A stretch of DNA of 64,000 nucleotides from Bugula neritina. Taxonomy: Eukaryota; Animalia; Bryozoa. The translations under genes and the position numbers were made by a program. The notes beneath the pieces were generated by a model. That model saw only the letters and a program-made list of their open reading frames with translations. It was not told where the DNA came from and ran no database searches. Where the stretch lies: contig OZ037765.1 in assembly GCA_964035545.1 (NCBI GenBank), positions 2,170,001-2,234,000 on the forward strand, read 5' to 3'. Below are positions 30,271 through 44,467 of the stretch, one piece after another (position 1 is the first letter of the stretch; the number at the start of each line of letters is the position of its first letter).

Positions 30271-33200
30271 TTATTTAGTGCAGACAACACAAGTCAGCTG
30301 TTTATTGGCCTCATAAGGTGGACATTGTCCTGTAGTGCCGGTTCCAGAGCAGTCAGTTTTTACAAAATAGAACAAAGCTCCGTTAGTATTTGCCTCCATT
30401 CCTCTGAGGTGTTCCGGCTTAGCATCCACACACTCGTAGGTGGTGGGGTGAGCATGGCCGCGGTGTTGTGTCATCAAGTAGCCTGCAAACAAAGGTTCCA
30501 TGACAGTTTGTTCATCTAGTACATTCATTATGACAATATCTTGATTTATTGAGGTATTAGTGTTTCAAAAAAACATGATATATATATATATATAATTGTG
30601 TGTTTCTATGAAAGAAAATGGCAGGTGTTAAGGCAGAAAAAAAGGTTTAGGTATTTAAAGTTTAACTCTTAGTAAAGATTTTGCAAAGCTTTCGTTTTTG
30701 TACATCAAGTGGCATTGAATTTTCCAAATTAATTTATTTGAATAAATAAAAATAAATGAATGAAATAAACAAAACATAATAGATTTATAGTTTCTATCAG
30801 TAGTTAAATGTAGATTTTTTATTGAAAATAAGCTAATTTAGTTTGAAAAAATTCTCAAGTTTTGTGTGCATGTTTTCTCACTTTAATAGTTTTAGTGTTT
30901 AGAGAGATTTTATAAGATGTTATCAATATTCTTAAACTCAAACTTTTAATAACATCATTAATTCAATGTACCTTCATATTCTTTAGTCCATTTAGCTGGA
31001 CACTGCCTTTTAGCTGGAATCATTACAACAGCAGATCTGGTTTTAGTGTAGCATCTGGCACATGGTACGTTCTGTTCAGAAGTTGAATCAGGAAATATGT
31101 CTTGATGTTTTCCAGTTTCATATTCAACTCCACTTATCCAATCACCCCAGGTGTGACTTCCAGTATAGTATTTGTTGTACTGAGGGTCTTTAAGAGGTAG
31201 ACATTGATAGTTGACTCCACCCCCAGTGTGAGTGAAATCCGAACCTCCAGCAAATCCTGAAATGAAAGAACATGTAAGCACTAATACTCTGCCTTAAAGG
31301 TTCCCATATACATTTAACATACAATGTACATGCTTTACAATACCTTCATAAAGTGTGACTGAAACACTTTCACAAGTACGTCTCCCCCATCTGGTGTACA
31401 CAGCTCCACTTTCAACCAAAGATGTAGCACCTGGAAGTCCGGGAACACCACGTATTCCTTGGACACCGGTAGCCCCTTTAGCACCCTTTATACCATCATT
31501 GCCTTTAACCCCTTTAGCTCCATCTGATCCCCTGTTTCCTTTAGTACCTGGTAAACCAGAAGGTCCAGTAGCTCCATCAGTTCCCTGCTCACCAATAACC
31601 CCTTTTTCTCCCTTTGGACCTGGTGAACCGGGAACACCATGAGATCCAAAAACTCCTTTATCTCCCTTCTGTCCTGGAAATCCATCTCTTCCTGTAAAAA
31701 TATTTTAATTGAGTATTTTATACTGTCTCTTACTAATCTGTTTACTGCCTTCTAGTTACCTGTTAGGCCAATTAAGTCACAATTTCGCTGTAAGCATTGA
31801 GTCACCAGAACAGCTGTATGCCCGTGGAATAAAATACAGATACTGTATCAACTCTGTGCTTAATATATGACTCACCATCTCTACCATCTCTACCATTTAC
31901 ACCATCTTTTCCATCTTTTCCATCTTTTCCAGAAACTCCTCTGACTCCTTGAAAGAAAAAGAGTATGAATATTTATTACTATGATAGCTATTCGGAACTA
32001 TAATAACTTAATTTATACAAATTATAGTACTTCTTCTCTACTCCTCAACACTTAAGAGTTATCACCTACCAAAAATACAAATCTGATTTAGTAATTTGGC
32101 CGTATCTTCATCATAACTGACTTCTAAGTCATCTGCTTCAGGTAGTTGTCCATTGAGTAGCTGCAAGATAGTCAGTAACAAGTAAAGACTCATTTTTAAA
32201 GTAACAATTATATCTGCATATGATGAAGAATTTCAAGTGCCTCAAGTCCATGCTACTATTTTGACTTGGTAATTATTGCATAGCACTAAATAAAAAAGGG
32301 TGTTAAGTACATGACTTGGAGATTGGTAAATAGCATGAGTAAAGTACAAATCAATGTTTTCCTGGCGTTAGCTTTCACTTTAGGAAGGACTAGCTACTAC
32401 TTTAGGTACAAAAACCATTCTGTAAGATTAGTTTATTTGGCAATACAAAAGTTCTATAACAATCATTGCAATTTTCACGAATCACAAACTATAGAGACCC
32501 AAGATTCTGTCCAGATTACCAGGAGGTATAGGTCAAAGGTCAATACTGTTTTAGTGCATACTTAATAGGTTATAAAAAATATTTATACTGGAAAGTTGAA
32601 AATTGAAAAATAAAGTATCTTTATACCCCTTTGTTAAATAACGACTTCAGTTGATGACCTAAAATTATGAGACTATAGAATAATTTTCAAATGTTGGTTA
32701 CACAGAATACCAGTGAGGATTTTAAACAGACACCACCCAGTTTTATAGAATAACAATTAATAAATGCAAGAAACTGATTTAACAATAAAACTCACAGCAT
32801 GAAGTAGTGAGTTGATAGTGTGACTTTGAGAGTGAATGAGATTTCTTAAATCTTTATTTACTCGACTTTGCTCTTCCATTTTGAGTTCTTGTTCTTTCAT
32901 CTTGTCTTCCAGTGACTTCAGTCTGTCTTCAAGTTCCTGAGTTTCCTCCTGTTGTAGCTCTAGATTTTCTAATCTGTCCTCCAAACTCTGTATTTTACTC
33001 TGGAGTACTTCTGCATACTCTTTAAACTCTTCACTGGGCAGTACAGTACCAAATGCATAGCCAAGTAGGGTACAGAGTGCCAGCAAAACGTGTGCTAAAA
33101 TTTCAAAACTGGAGTGTTGAGTTTACCCAGTGGCCTCTATGGTGTAATGGTAGCACACTTGGACTCGGTTCGATTCCCAGTGGTGGCAATTATTTTACAA

Positions 33201-33463
33201 AAACAATACTGGTTAGTTTTATGTATATTTTTTGTTGCTTTTTAGCCATCAAGACTGTAATTTAAGTTTAAATTTGATAATGAATATTTTCCAATATTGC
33301 ACCTGAAGTAATATTCTAGTTAAATACTCCTTAGTTGTTATAAATCATAATAGTAATTAATAAGCCAGGCATAGCTTAGCATTCAGCAATAACATAGCCA
33401 CACATGTGACACATTACATACTATCAGTATCTTTTCACTAAACCTACCTGACTTCAAGTCCAT
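30271..33463 (-). CDS. Coiled-coil/short-chain collagen C4-like protein, copy 3
   Basis: Exons 33463-33448, 33094-32796, 32160-32070, 31947-31876, 31691-31344, 31256-30972, 30482-30271. Intact frame, 38 Gly-X-Y triplets. Confidence 0.9.
33132..33188 (+). mobile_element. tRNA-like fragment (pseudo-tRNA/SINE head) inserted in copy 3 intron 1
   Basis: ggcctctaTGGTGTAATGGtagcacac..GGTTCGATTCCCagtggtggca: A and B boxes present, anticodon arm truncated. Absent from the same intron in copies 4-9. Confidence 0.6.
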
Positions 33464-33499
33464 CTTCACCTCTGCTATGCAGTGTTATGATTAGATACT

Positions 33500-33540
33500 C
33501 AGAATTTATTTAAATTATTTGTTCAAGAAGCCAATCAGGT
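33500..33540 (-). promoter_or_regulatory. Conserved proximal promoter of the array genes (CCAAT box plus TATA-like element)
   Basis: AGCCAATCAG ~70 bp upstream of the ATG in copies 3-8 and ~100 bp upstream in divergent copy 1 (20529). An A/T-rich TATA-like element lies between it and the ATG. Confidence 0.55.
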
Positions 33541-35005
33541 GCTGCAAAACACAAAAGCTACTTTTACCTTCCTATTGAGTGATTGAATGATTCATCAATA
33601 ATTCATCTCTAATTATTTACTCTTAGACTAGAAAGCTAATTCAACTCCTTTGCTAGAAGCAAGAGGAGTGTTGTTTTTCAGTATTCTTTTTTTAATGATT
33701 TCAAATATAAATATTTATATTGCATTTTTCCCCTTTTTCACAAAAAGTTAATTTGTATTTTACAGGTTTATGTTATGTTTATGTGCATTGTAGTCTTGCC
33801 ATTGGTGCTTTGGTGTGTTCCACAAGGTGGTGAGATAGGATTTATTAAAACATCACGTTTTATAATTTTTAAAACTAATAAAAATAAGCAGACTCAGTGA
33901 CTGCATGGTAAAGCTTATTAAAACACATTTTATCTGTAGTTTAAAAGAATTTATTTCACAAGAATATCATGAAATTTGAAATTTTAAAGCTATCATATCC
34001 TTCCATCCACAATAAAAAGATAATCTAAACTAATTTAAATAACGTAAATAAATGCAAGCTTTTTCACCTACCGTTAAATGTGATGTTAAAATCTTGACAC
34101 CATATAAAGCCTTTACAAGTCTTCACTAGCTGTAAGAGTTGACTTGGTTGAACTCTACAAGGAAGTATGTTGGTATTTGATAAGTAAAGAGAAGAGATTG
34201 TATCTCTATACAGCTTTGTGTGCTTGTATATTAAGTTTGATGTAACTACCATTGTAAATACTATGTCGCTGTCAATTGTCTATTTGAATTGCATAGTATT
34301 TTCTTTATATTGTTTATAAGCGATGCAATTGAATTAAATACCAGATATTTCTTTTATAGTTGCAACACACTTCAATGCAGCTATGCATCTACTTTGTATG
34401 TAATGTGCTCTTGTTGAAAATATTTATTTTACTGAAAAGGTTTCTATTAAAAATAAAAACCTAAATATAGCATCTGCTCTAAGTTGCAGATAATCAAAAA
34501 TTATTTTGAATAAAGATCTTTTGTGGGCTTGACTTTTTATTTGATTATGTTTTGCTCCTACAAAGTACTCAGTGTTGAGGCCGTACAGAAGTGTTTTCAA
34601 AACTTACATCATGAAACTTTTGCCCCCACTGAGATTCAAACCCAAGACCTCCGGCTACAAACTGCAAGAGAACTACTATAAGTACACAGACAAGGTGTGA
34701 GTGATTCTGAAAGACAGACAAGATGTTTGTAAAATAGTAAAACTTTATTAATTATTACATTTTATAAAGAAGTACGACAATAGTTTGCACTTTTTAGAAA
34801 TTATTCAATTTTAGCAACATTAGTGTGGTTGATAATTCTATCACAGTATTTTAAGTTTTAATGATAGGCTCAGAAAGCAGCTGTTTAAAGTGTTGCCTTT
34901 AGCAAAATTTCAGATTGTTTAAAGATAAAAAGTCTGAGTAGAACTGGGGGTTGATAGGCTAACCCTTAAAAAAAGTCATCAATAGAGTTTCCTTCATTAG
35001 CAAAG

Positions 35006-37858
35006 TTATTTTGTGCAGACAACACAAGTCAGCTGTTTGTTTGCCTCATAAGGTGGACATTGCCCTGTAGTGCCATGTCCAGAGCAGCTGGTTCTTACAA
35101 AATAGAAAAAAGCTCCGTGAGTATCTGCCTCCATTCCTCTGAGGTGTTCTGGTTCAGCATCGACACACTCGTAGGTGGTGGGGTGAGGATGGCTGTGGTA
35201 TTGCGTCATCAAGTAGCCTGCAAACGAAGTTTCATATACAGTAATTCAAGGAATACCTCTATAGTTTTATTGAGTTGTTAATGTTTCAAGAATAATTGTA
35301 TGATTGTAAGTTTCTGTAAAAGAAAATAGCAGCAGTTGACTCAATAAAATCGTTTAGGTTTAGCTTTTAGTAAAAAATTGTTATTAAATTGTTCATTTTT
35401 TGTACATTGTCACACTCCATTTTGCAAATTAATTTTCATAAATGAATAAAAGTAAATGAATTAAATAAACAAAACATAATCAGCTAGTTTCCATCATCAC
35501 TAGCCTGTTTCACGTATTATTTTTATTGAGAATAAATTCAAATTTAGTTTTGAGTATTTCAAAAGATCACACATTTTGGGATTTTTTTCAGTTTAATAGT
35601 TTTAGTGTTTAGAGATATTTTAAATTATGTTATCAATATTCTTAAACTCTAACAATTAATAAAATTATTCACTCAATTTACCTTCATATTCCTTAGTCCA
35701 CTTAGCTGGACAATCCCTTTTAGCTGGAATCATTACAACAGCAGATCTGGTTTTAGTATAGCATCGAGCACATGGTACGTTCTGATTAAAAGTTGAATCA
35801 GGAAATATTCCTCTACCTGTTACAAATTCATATTCAACTCCACTTATCCAATCACCCCACCAGTGGTTATCGTTACCTCCAGTATAGTATTTGTTGTACT
35901 GGGGGTCTTTAAGTGGTAGACATTGATAGTTGACTCCACCCCCAATGTGAGAGTAATAAGAACCTCCAGCAAATCCTGAAATCAGAGAACATGTAAGCAC
36001 GATCACTATGTCCTAAAGGTTCCCATATATTTACCATACAATAACGTGTTCATGCTCAACAATACCTTCATAAAGTGTGGTTGAAACACTTTCACAAGTG
36101 TGTCTCCCCCATCTGGTGTACACAGCTCCACTTTCAACCACAGATGTAGCGCCTGGAAGTCCAGGAACACCACGAACTCCTTGGACACCACTGGCCCCTT
36201 TAGCACCTTTTATACCATCATCGCCTTTAGCTCCTTTGGCTCCATCTACTCCCCTGTTTTCTTTAGTACCTGGCAAACCAGGCAAACCTTGAAATCCAGA
36301 TGCTCCTTTATCTCCCTTCTGTCCTGGAAATCCATCTCTTCCTGTAGAAAGACTTTACTTGAGTATTTTTATACTGTCTCTTTGTTATTTGTTTACTGTC
36401 TCCTAGTTAGATGTTTACTGACTTCCAGTTATCTGTTTTGCCAACAAAGTCACTGTGCAGTTTATTGTAAGCATTGAGTTACCAGAGCATATGTATGCTT
36501 GTAAAATAAAATACAGATACCGTATCAAATCTGTCGGTAATACATGACTCACCATCTCTACCATCTCTGCCATTTACACCATCTTTTCCATCCTCTCCAT
36601 CTTTTCCAGAAACTCCTCTGACTCCTTGAAATAACAGGAATTTATGGAATATTTTGTTATCGCTAACTATTCGAAACTGACTTAGTTTAAATGAAACTCT
36701 TTCTTTATTTCTTACCACTTAATAGTTATCACCTACCAAAAATACAAATCTGATTCAGTAATTTGGCCGTATCTTCATCATAACTGACTTCTAAGTCATC
36801 TGCTTCAGGTAGTTGTCCATTGAGTAGCTGCAAGATAGTCAGTAACAAGTAAAGACTCTATTTTTAGAGTAACAATTATATCTGTATGTGAAGGAGAATT
36901 TCAAGTGCCTCAAGTCCATGCTACTAACATGATTTTATGCACAAATGTCATTTTGTGAAATTTATAGGTTCTTAGACAATAATAAGTGGACTGCAAATCT
37001 TTCTATCAAAAACGAACCCAGGATTTTCTTGAGGTTACCAAGAGGTAGAGATCAAAGGTCAACTTAGTAATGAAACATATTTATACTGATTAGTTGAAGA
37101 TTAAAAACAAATTATCTTTATATTTTCTTATAATAAATGACCAGTGAGCGACTTGCAGTATTCCAAGACATATTAGTTATCAAACAATGATACTTGTTAT
37201 CTGTTGGTTCTACAGCATAAAAAACGAGGAATTTAAGCAGAGACAACCCTGTTTTATAGAATAACAATTAATTTGTAAACGCAAGATACTGATTTAACAA
37301 TAAAACTCACAGCATGAGAGTGAATCAGATTTCTTAAATCTTCATTTACTTGACTTTGCTCTTTCATTTTGAGGTCTTGTTCTTTCATCTTGTCTTCCAG
37401 TGACTTCAGTCTGACTTCAAGTTCCTGAGTTTCTTTCTGTTGTAACTCTAGACTCTCTAATCTGTTTTCCAAACTCTGTATTTTACTCTGGAGTACTTCT
37501 GCATACTCTTTAAACTCTTCACTGGGCAGTACAGTGGCAGATGCATAGCCAAGTAGGGTACAGAGTGCCAGCAAAACATGTGCTAAAATTTCAAAACATC
37601 ACTGCCTAATTTTGAGAATATTTCTTAGCACTTTTAGCCATCAAAGCAGTAATTTATGTTTAAATTTGGTAATGAATATTTTCCAATATTGTACCTGAAG
37701 TAATATTCTAGTTAAATACTCATTAGTTGTTATAAATAATAATAGTAATTAATAAGCCAGGCATAGCTTAACATTCAGCAATAACAGAACCACACATGTG
37801 ACACATTATAAACTATCAGTATCTTATCTTCACTAAACCTACCTGACTTCAAGTCCAT
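35006..37858 (-). CDS. Coiled-coil/short-chain collagen C4-like protein, copy 4
   Basis: Exons 37858-37843, 37582-37311 (in-frame 27-nt deletion), 36827-36737, 36624-36553, 36341-36066, 35975-35682, 35217-35006. 30 Gly-X-Y triplets. Confidence 0.9.
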
Positions 37859-39666
37859 TTTGCACCTTTGCTATGCAGTGTTATGATTTGAAATTCAGAA
37901 TTTACTTAAATTATTTGTTCAAGAAGCCAATCAGGTGCTGCAAAGCACAAAAGCTAATGTTTCTATTTGCTATGGAGTGAATGAATGAATTTTGTGTTTA
38001 TAAATTTCACATTTACATCATACACCAAATCTCTTTTATTAAATTGCAAATGTTGGCCAACATCCTAACTATATTTACAATATATCTATTTTGAAGTTCT
38101 GTCTCTGACAACAAGTATTCTCAGTTATATAGCTATGAAATGCATTTTACTATTCTCTAATGATGTTGAACCCAATTTTTCATACTGGGTTTTCTCACTT
38201 TCCAGATAAATTGTATTGTTTTTAACAAGTTTAGAACTTTTGAATTGCATGTAATCTTGCCATTGTTGCTTTGGTGTGGTCTGATGTAATAAGATCTTTT
38301 AAAAGATGAAGTTGTTTAATTTCTAGAACTAATAAAAGTAGCAGACACAGTGACTAAATCACAAAACTTATTAAACTACATCTTAGCCGTAATTGACTAC
38401 TTTATTTCACAGGAATATAATATCATATCCTCTCATTCACAATGAGAAGATTATATAACAAACTAATTGAAAACTTAAATAAATGCAAACTTATTCACCT
38501 ATCAGTAAATGCGATGTACACGTCTTGACACCACATAAAGCCTTTACAAGTCTTCACTGTAAGAGTTTACTTTGTTGAACTCTAGAAGGAAGTATGTTGG
38601 TATTTGATAAGTAAAGAGAAGAGATTGTATCTCTATACAGCTTTGTGTGTTTGGATATTAAATGTTTGACGTAACTACTATTGCAAATGCCATGTCTATG
38701 TCAATTGCCCATTTGAATTGTATAGCTTTTTTGTTTTATTTATAAGCAATGCAATTAAATTAAATATCAGGTATTTCTTTTATAGTTAGAACATATTCAA
38801 TGTAGCAACACATCTACTTGGTATGTATAATTGTGCTCTTTATGGAGATATTTAGTTACTGAAAAGGTTGCCATTAAATCCAACAACCTAAATATAGCAT
38901 CTACTCCAAGTTGCAGATAATCATATCGCATTGAATAAAGAATTATCAAGTACTTCTCCTAACTTTTACAAAGTACCTAATTTTGAGGTCAAATAGAAAT
39001 GTTTTCAGAACTTACATCATAAAACTTTTGCTCCCCCACCCTACTGGGATTCAAACCTGAGACCTCTGGCTTGCAAGAAGCGTGCTATAAAGCATTATAC
39101 CACAGAGATTACTGCGTAACCCCAACACTGAGTTTAAATTCCAGTCAGAGCAAATATTTACAGGCTAGGTTGCTTCTAGGAAACTTGATTCAATCAAGTA
39201 TTTTATCGGCAATAATATGGAAACAGCACATCAGTAGACTGTACTGATTGAGAGGAGAAGCTGGAACTTGCTTTACAGAAGGTGAGTGAGTGTTTTTTAG
39301 TGGTTGAATAAAGTACAGCTACAAACTGCAGAAGAACTGCTATAAGTACACAGACATGGTGGAGAGAATTCTGAAAGATAAACAAAATGTTTGTAAAAAC
39401 TATAATGTTTTATTGTTTATTACATTTTTAATAAGAAAGACAGAAGTTTGCATTTTTTGGAAATTATTTAATTTTAGCAACATTAGTATGGTTAGTAATT
39501 CTATCACAATATTTTAAGTTTTTAATGATAGGCTCAGTAAGCAGCTGTTTAAAGTGTTACCTTTAGCAAAATGTCAGATTGTTTAAAGATTGAAAGTCTG
39601 AGTAAAACTGGAGGTTTATAGGCTAATCTATAAGAAAATTCATCAATAGAGTTTCCTTTAGCAAAG

Positions 39667-42600
39667 TTATTTTGTGCAGACGACACAAGTCAGCGGATTA
39701 TTGGCCTCATAAGGTGGACATTGCCCTGTAGTGCCAGATCCAGAACACCTGGTTCTTACAAAAAAAAACAAAGCTCCGTGAGTATCTGCCTCCATTCCTC
39801 TAAGGTGTTCTGGCTTAGCATCCACACACTCGTAGGTGGTAGGGTGAGGATGGTTATAGTGATTAGTCATCAAGTAGCCTACAAACAAAGTTTCATATAT
39901 ATAGTAATTCAAGGAATACCTTTATAGTTTTTTGGAGTTGTTAATGTTTCAAGAATAATTGTATGATTCTAAGTTTCTATAACAGAAAATAGCAGAAGTT
40001 AACGCAATTAAAGTGTTTAGGTTTAGCTTTTAGTAAAAATTGTTATTGAATTTTTATTTTTTGTACATTGTCACACTCCATTTTGCAAATCAATTTTCTA
40101 GTTTCCATCAGCACTAGCCTGTTCCACTCAGTTTTTTATTGAGAATAAGTTCATTTAGTCTTGAGTGTTTCAAAATATCACACATTTTGGGTTTTTTTTC
40201 AGTTTAATAATTTTAGTGTTTAGAGATATTTTAAAATATGTTATCAATATTCTTAAACTTTAACTTTTAACATCATTAATCAAAGTTACCTTCATATTCT
40301 TTAGTCCATTTAGCTGGACAATGCCTTTTGGCTGGAATCATTACAACAGCAGATCTGGTTTTTGTGTAGCATCTCGCACATGGTGCATTCTGATTAACAG
40401 TTGAATCAGGAAAGATATCTAAATGTGTTCCAGTTTCATATTCAACTCCGCTTATCAGATCACTCCACCCGTCGCTACCTCCAGTGTAGTATTTGTTGTA
40501 CTGGGGGTCCTTAAGAGGGAGACATTGATAGTTGACTCCACCCCCAGTGTGAGTGTGAGAAGAACCCCCAGCAAATCCTGAAATGAGAGAACATGTAAGC
40601 ACTAATACTCCGCCTTAAAGGTTCCCATATATTTACCATACAATAACGTGTTCATGCTTTACAATACCTTCATAAAGTGTGGTTGAAACACTTTCACAAG
40701 TGTGTCTCCCCCATCTGGTGTATACAGCTCCACTTTCAACCACAGATGTAGCACCTGGAAGTCCAGGGATACCTCGTATTCCTTGGACACCAGAAGCCCC
40801 TTTAGTTCCTTTTATACCATCATTGCCTTTAGCTCCTTTTGCTCCATCTACTCCCCTGTTTCCTTTAGTACCTGGTAAACCAGTTGGTCCAGTAGCTCCA
40901 TCAGTTCCCTGTTCACCAATAGCCCCCTCTTCTCCCTTTGGACCTGGTAAACCAGGAACACCATGAGATCCAAAAACTCCTTTATCTCCCTTCTGTCCTG
41001 GAAATCCATCTCTTCCTGTAAAAATATTTTAATTGAGTATTGTATACTGTCTCTTACTAATCTGTTTACTGCCTTCCAGTTACCTGTTAGGCCAATGAAG
41101 TCACAATTTCGCTGTAAGCATTGAGTCACCAGAACATCTGTATACCCGTGGAATAAAATACAGATACTGTATCAACCCTGTCCTTAATATATGACTCACC
41201 ATCTCTACCATCTCTACCATCTTTTCCATCTTTTCCAGAAACTCCTCTGACTCCTTGAAAGAAAAAGAGTATGAATATTTATTACTATAATAGCTATTCG
41301 GAACTATAACTTAATTTACACAAATAGTACTCCTTCTCTACTCCTCAACACTTAAGAGTTATCACTTACCAAAAACACAAATCTGATTTAGTAATTTGGC
41401 CGTATCTTCATCATAACTGACTTCTAAGTCATCTGCTCCAGGTAGTTGTCCATTGAGTAGCTGCAAGATAGTCAGTAACAAGTATAAGACTCCATTTTTA
41501 AAGTAACAATTATATCTGCATGTGCTGAAGAATTTCAAGTGCGTCAAGTCCATGCTACTATCTTGACTTGAAGAATATAGCATAGCACTAAATAAAAAAG
41601 GGCGTTAAGTACATGACCTAGCTGGAGATTGTTAAATAGCACGAATAAAGTATAAATCAATGTTTTCCTGACGCTAGCTTTGACTTTAGGAAGGACTAGC
41701 TACTAATTTAGGCACAACAACCATTTTGTAAGATTAGTTTTTTGGCAATAAAGAAATTCTATAACAATGATTGCAATTTTCACAAATCACAAGTTATAGA
41801 GACCTAAGATTCTGTCCAGATTACCAGGAGGTATAGGTCAAAGGTCAATACTGTTTTATTACATGCTTAATAAGTTATAAAAATATTTTTACTAGAAAGT
41901 TGAAAATTGAAAAATAAAGTATCTTTATATCCTTTTGTTAAATAACGACCTCAGTTAATGACCTAATATTATGAGACTATAGAATACTTTTCAGCTGTTG
42001 GTTCCACAGAATACAAAGTGAGGATTTTAAGCAGACACCACCCAGTTTTATACAATAACAATTAATTTGTAAACGCAAGAAGCTGATTTAACAATAAAAC
42101 TCACAGCATGAAGTAGTGAGTTGATAGTGTGACGTTGAGAGTGAATCAGATTTCTTAAATCTTCATTTACTTGACTTTGCTCTTTCATTTTGAGTTCTTG
42201 TTCTTTCATCTTGTCTTCTAGTGACTTCAGTCTGTCTTCAAGTTCCTGAGTTTCTTTCTGGTGTAACTCTAGACTCTCTAATCTGTCTTCCAAACTCTGT
42301 ATTTTACTCTGGAGTACTTCTGCATACTCTTTAAACTCTTCACTGGGCAGTACAGTGCCACATGCATAGCCAAGTAGGGTACAGAGTGCCAGAAAAACAT
42401 GTGCTAAAATTTCAAAAGATTAAACTGCTTAGTTTTATATATATTTTTTGTTGCTTTTTAGCCATCAAGACTGTAATTTATGTTTAAATTTGATAATGAA
42501 TATTTTCCAATATTACACCTGACAAAATATTCTAGTTCAACACTCCTTAGTTATTATAAAAAATAATAGTAATTAATAAGCCAGGCATAGCTTAGCATTC

Positions 42601-42682
42601 AGCAATAACAGAGCCACACATGTGACACATTACAAACTATCAGTATCTTATATTCACTAAACCTACCTGACTTCAAGTCCAT
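39667..42682 (-). CDS. Coiled-coil/short-chain collagen C4-like protein, copy 5
   Basis: Exons 42682-42667, 42403-42105, 41460-41370, 41253-41200, 41015-40668, 40577-40290, 39878-39667. 36 Gly-X-Y triplets. Confidence 0.9.
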
Positions 42683-43829
42683 CTTCACCTCTGCTATGCA
42701 GTGTTATGATTAGAAATTCAGAATTTATTTAAATTATTTGTTCAAGAAGCCAATCAGGAGCTGCAAAACACAAAAGCTACTTTTACCTTCCTATTAAATG
42801 AATGAATGATTCATCTCTAATTCATCTCTAATTATTTACTCTTGTACTAGAAAGCTAACTCAACTCCTTTGCTAGAAGCAAGAGGAGTGTTGTTTTTCAG
42901 TATTCCTTTTTTATTAATTTTAATTATAATTATTTATACTCTTTTTTTCCCATTTTCCACAAAAAGTTAATTTGTATTTTACAGGTTCATGTTATGTTTA
43001 TGTGCATTGTAGTATTGCCATTGGTGCTTTGGTGCATGTGTTCTATAAGGTTGTGAGATAGGATTTCTTAGAATATAAAGTTTTGTAATTTCTAAAACTA
43101 ATAAAAGCAGCAGACGCAGTGACTGAATCACAAAACTTATTAAACTATATTTTAGCTGTAGTTGGCTAATTTATTTCACAGGAATATCATGAAATTTGAA
43201 CTTTAAAAACTATCATATCCTTCCATTCACAGTATAAAGATTATATAAGGAGCAAATTGAAAACTTAAATATATGCAAAATTGTTCACCAGTCATAAATT
43301 GTGATGTTCAGGTCTTGACACCACATAAAGCTTTTACACGTCTTCACTGTAAGAGTTGACTTGGTTAAACTCTATAGAAGGAAGTGTGTTGGTATTTTAT
43401 AAGTAAAGAGAAGAGATTGTATCTCTATACAGCTTTCTGTGTTTGCATATTATGTTTGATATAACTACTATTGCAAATACCATGTCTATGTCAATTGCCC
43501 ATTTGAATTGTATAGTTTTTTTATTTTATTTATAAGCAATGCAATTAAATTAAATACCAAGTATTTCTTTTATAGTTGGAACACATTCAATGCAGCAACA
43601 CATCTACTTTGTATGTATAATTGTGCTCTGGCTGAAGATATTTAGTTACTGAAAAGGTTGCTATTGAATTCAACAACCTAAATATATAGCATCTACTCCA
43701 AGTTGCAGATAATCATATGGCATTGAATAAAGAATTATCAAGTGCTTCTCCTAACTTTTACAAAGTACTTGATATATTGAGGCCAAATATAAATGTTTTC
43801 AGAACTTACATCATAAAACCTTTTCTCCC

Positions 43830-43900
43830 CCCACTGGGATTCGAACTCATGACCTCTGGCTTGCAAGAAGAGTGCTATGAAGCATTATACTACAGAAATT
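43830..43900 (-). mobile_element. tRNA-derived SINE head carried in the duplicated spacer
   Basis: Minus strand reads ctgtagtataatgc..tagcactcttcttgcaagccagaggtcatgaGTTCGAATCCcagtgg. Related copies at ~29895, ~34625, ~39043, ~48963 and ~58040. Confidence 0.55.
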
Positions 43901-44467
43901 ACTGCGTAACCTCAACACTGAGTTTAAATTCCAGTGGGAGCAAATATTTACAGGCTAGGTTGCTTTTAGAAAATATGATTCAATTAAGTGAAGCTGTCTA
44001 ATTTTATTAGCAAGTATATGGGGATAGCACATCAGTAGACTGTACTGATTGAGAGGAGAAGCTGGAACTTGCTTTACAGAAGGTGAGTGAGTGTTTTTTT
44101 GGTGGTTGAATAAAGTACAGCTACAAACTGCAGAAGAACTAATATAAGTACACAGACATGGTGGGGAGAATTCTGAAAGATAAACAAAATGTTTGTAAAA
44201 AACGATAATGCTTTATTGTTTATTACATTTTTAATAAGAAAGACAGAAGTTTGCACTTTTTAGAAATTATTTAATTTTAGCAACAGTAGTGTGGTTAGTA
44301 ATTCTATTACAGTATTTTAAGTTTTAATGATAGGCTCAGTAAGCAGCTGTTTAAAGTTTCCCTTTAACAAAATGTCAGATTGTTTAAAGATAGAAAGTCT
44401 GAGTAAAACTGGGGGTTGATAGGTTAACCTATGAAAAAACTCATCAATAGAGTTTCTTTTAGCAAAG

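Noticed and set aside
33132-33188. Functional tRNA gene
   Set aside because: Too short, anticodon arm missing and acceptor stem poorly paired; treated as a tRNA-derived relic.
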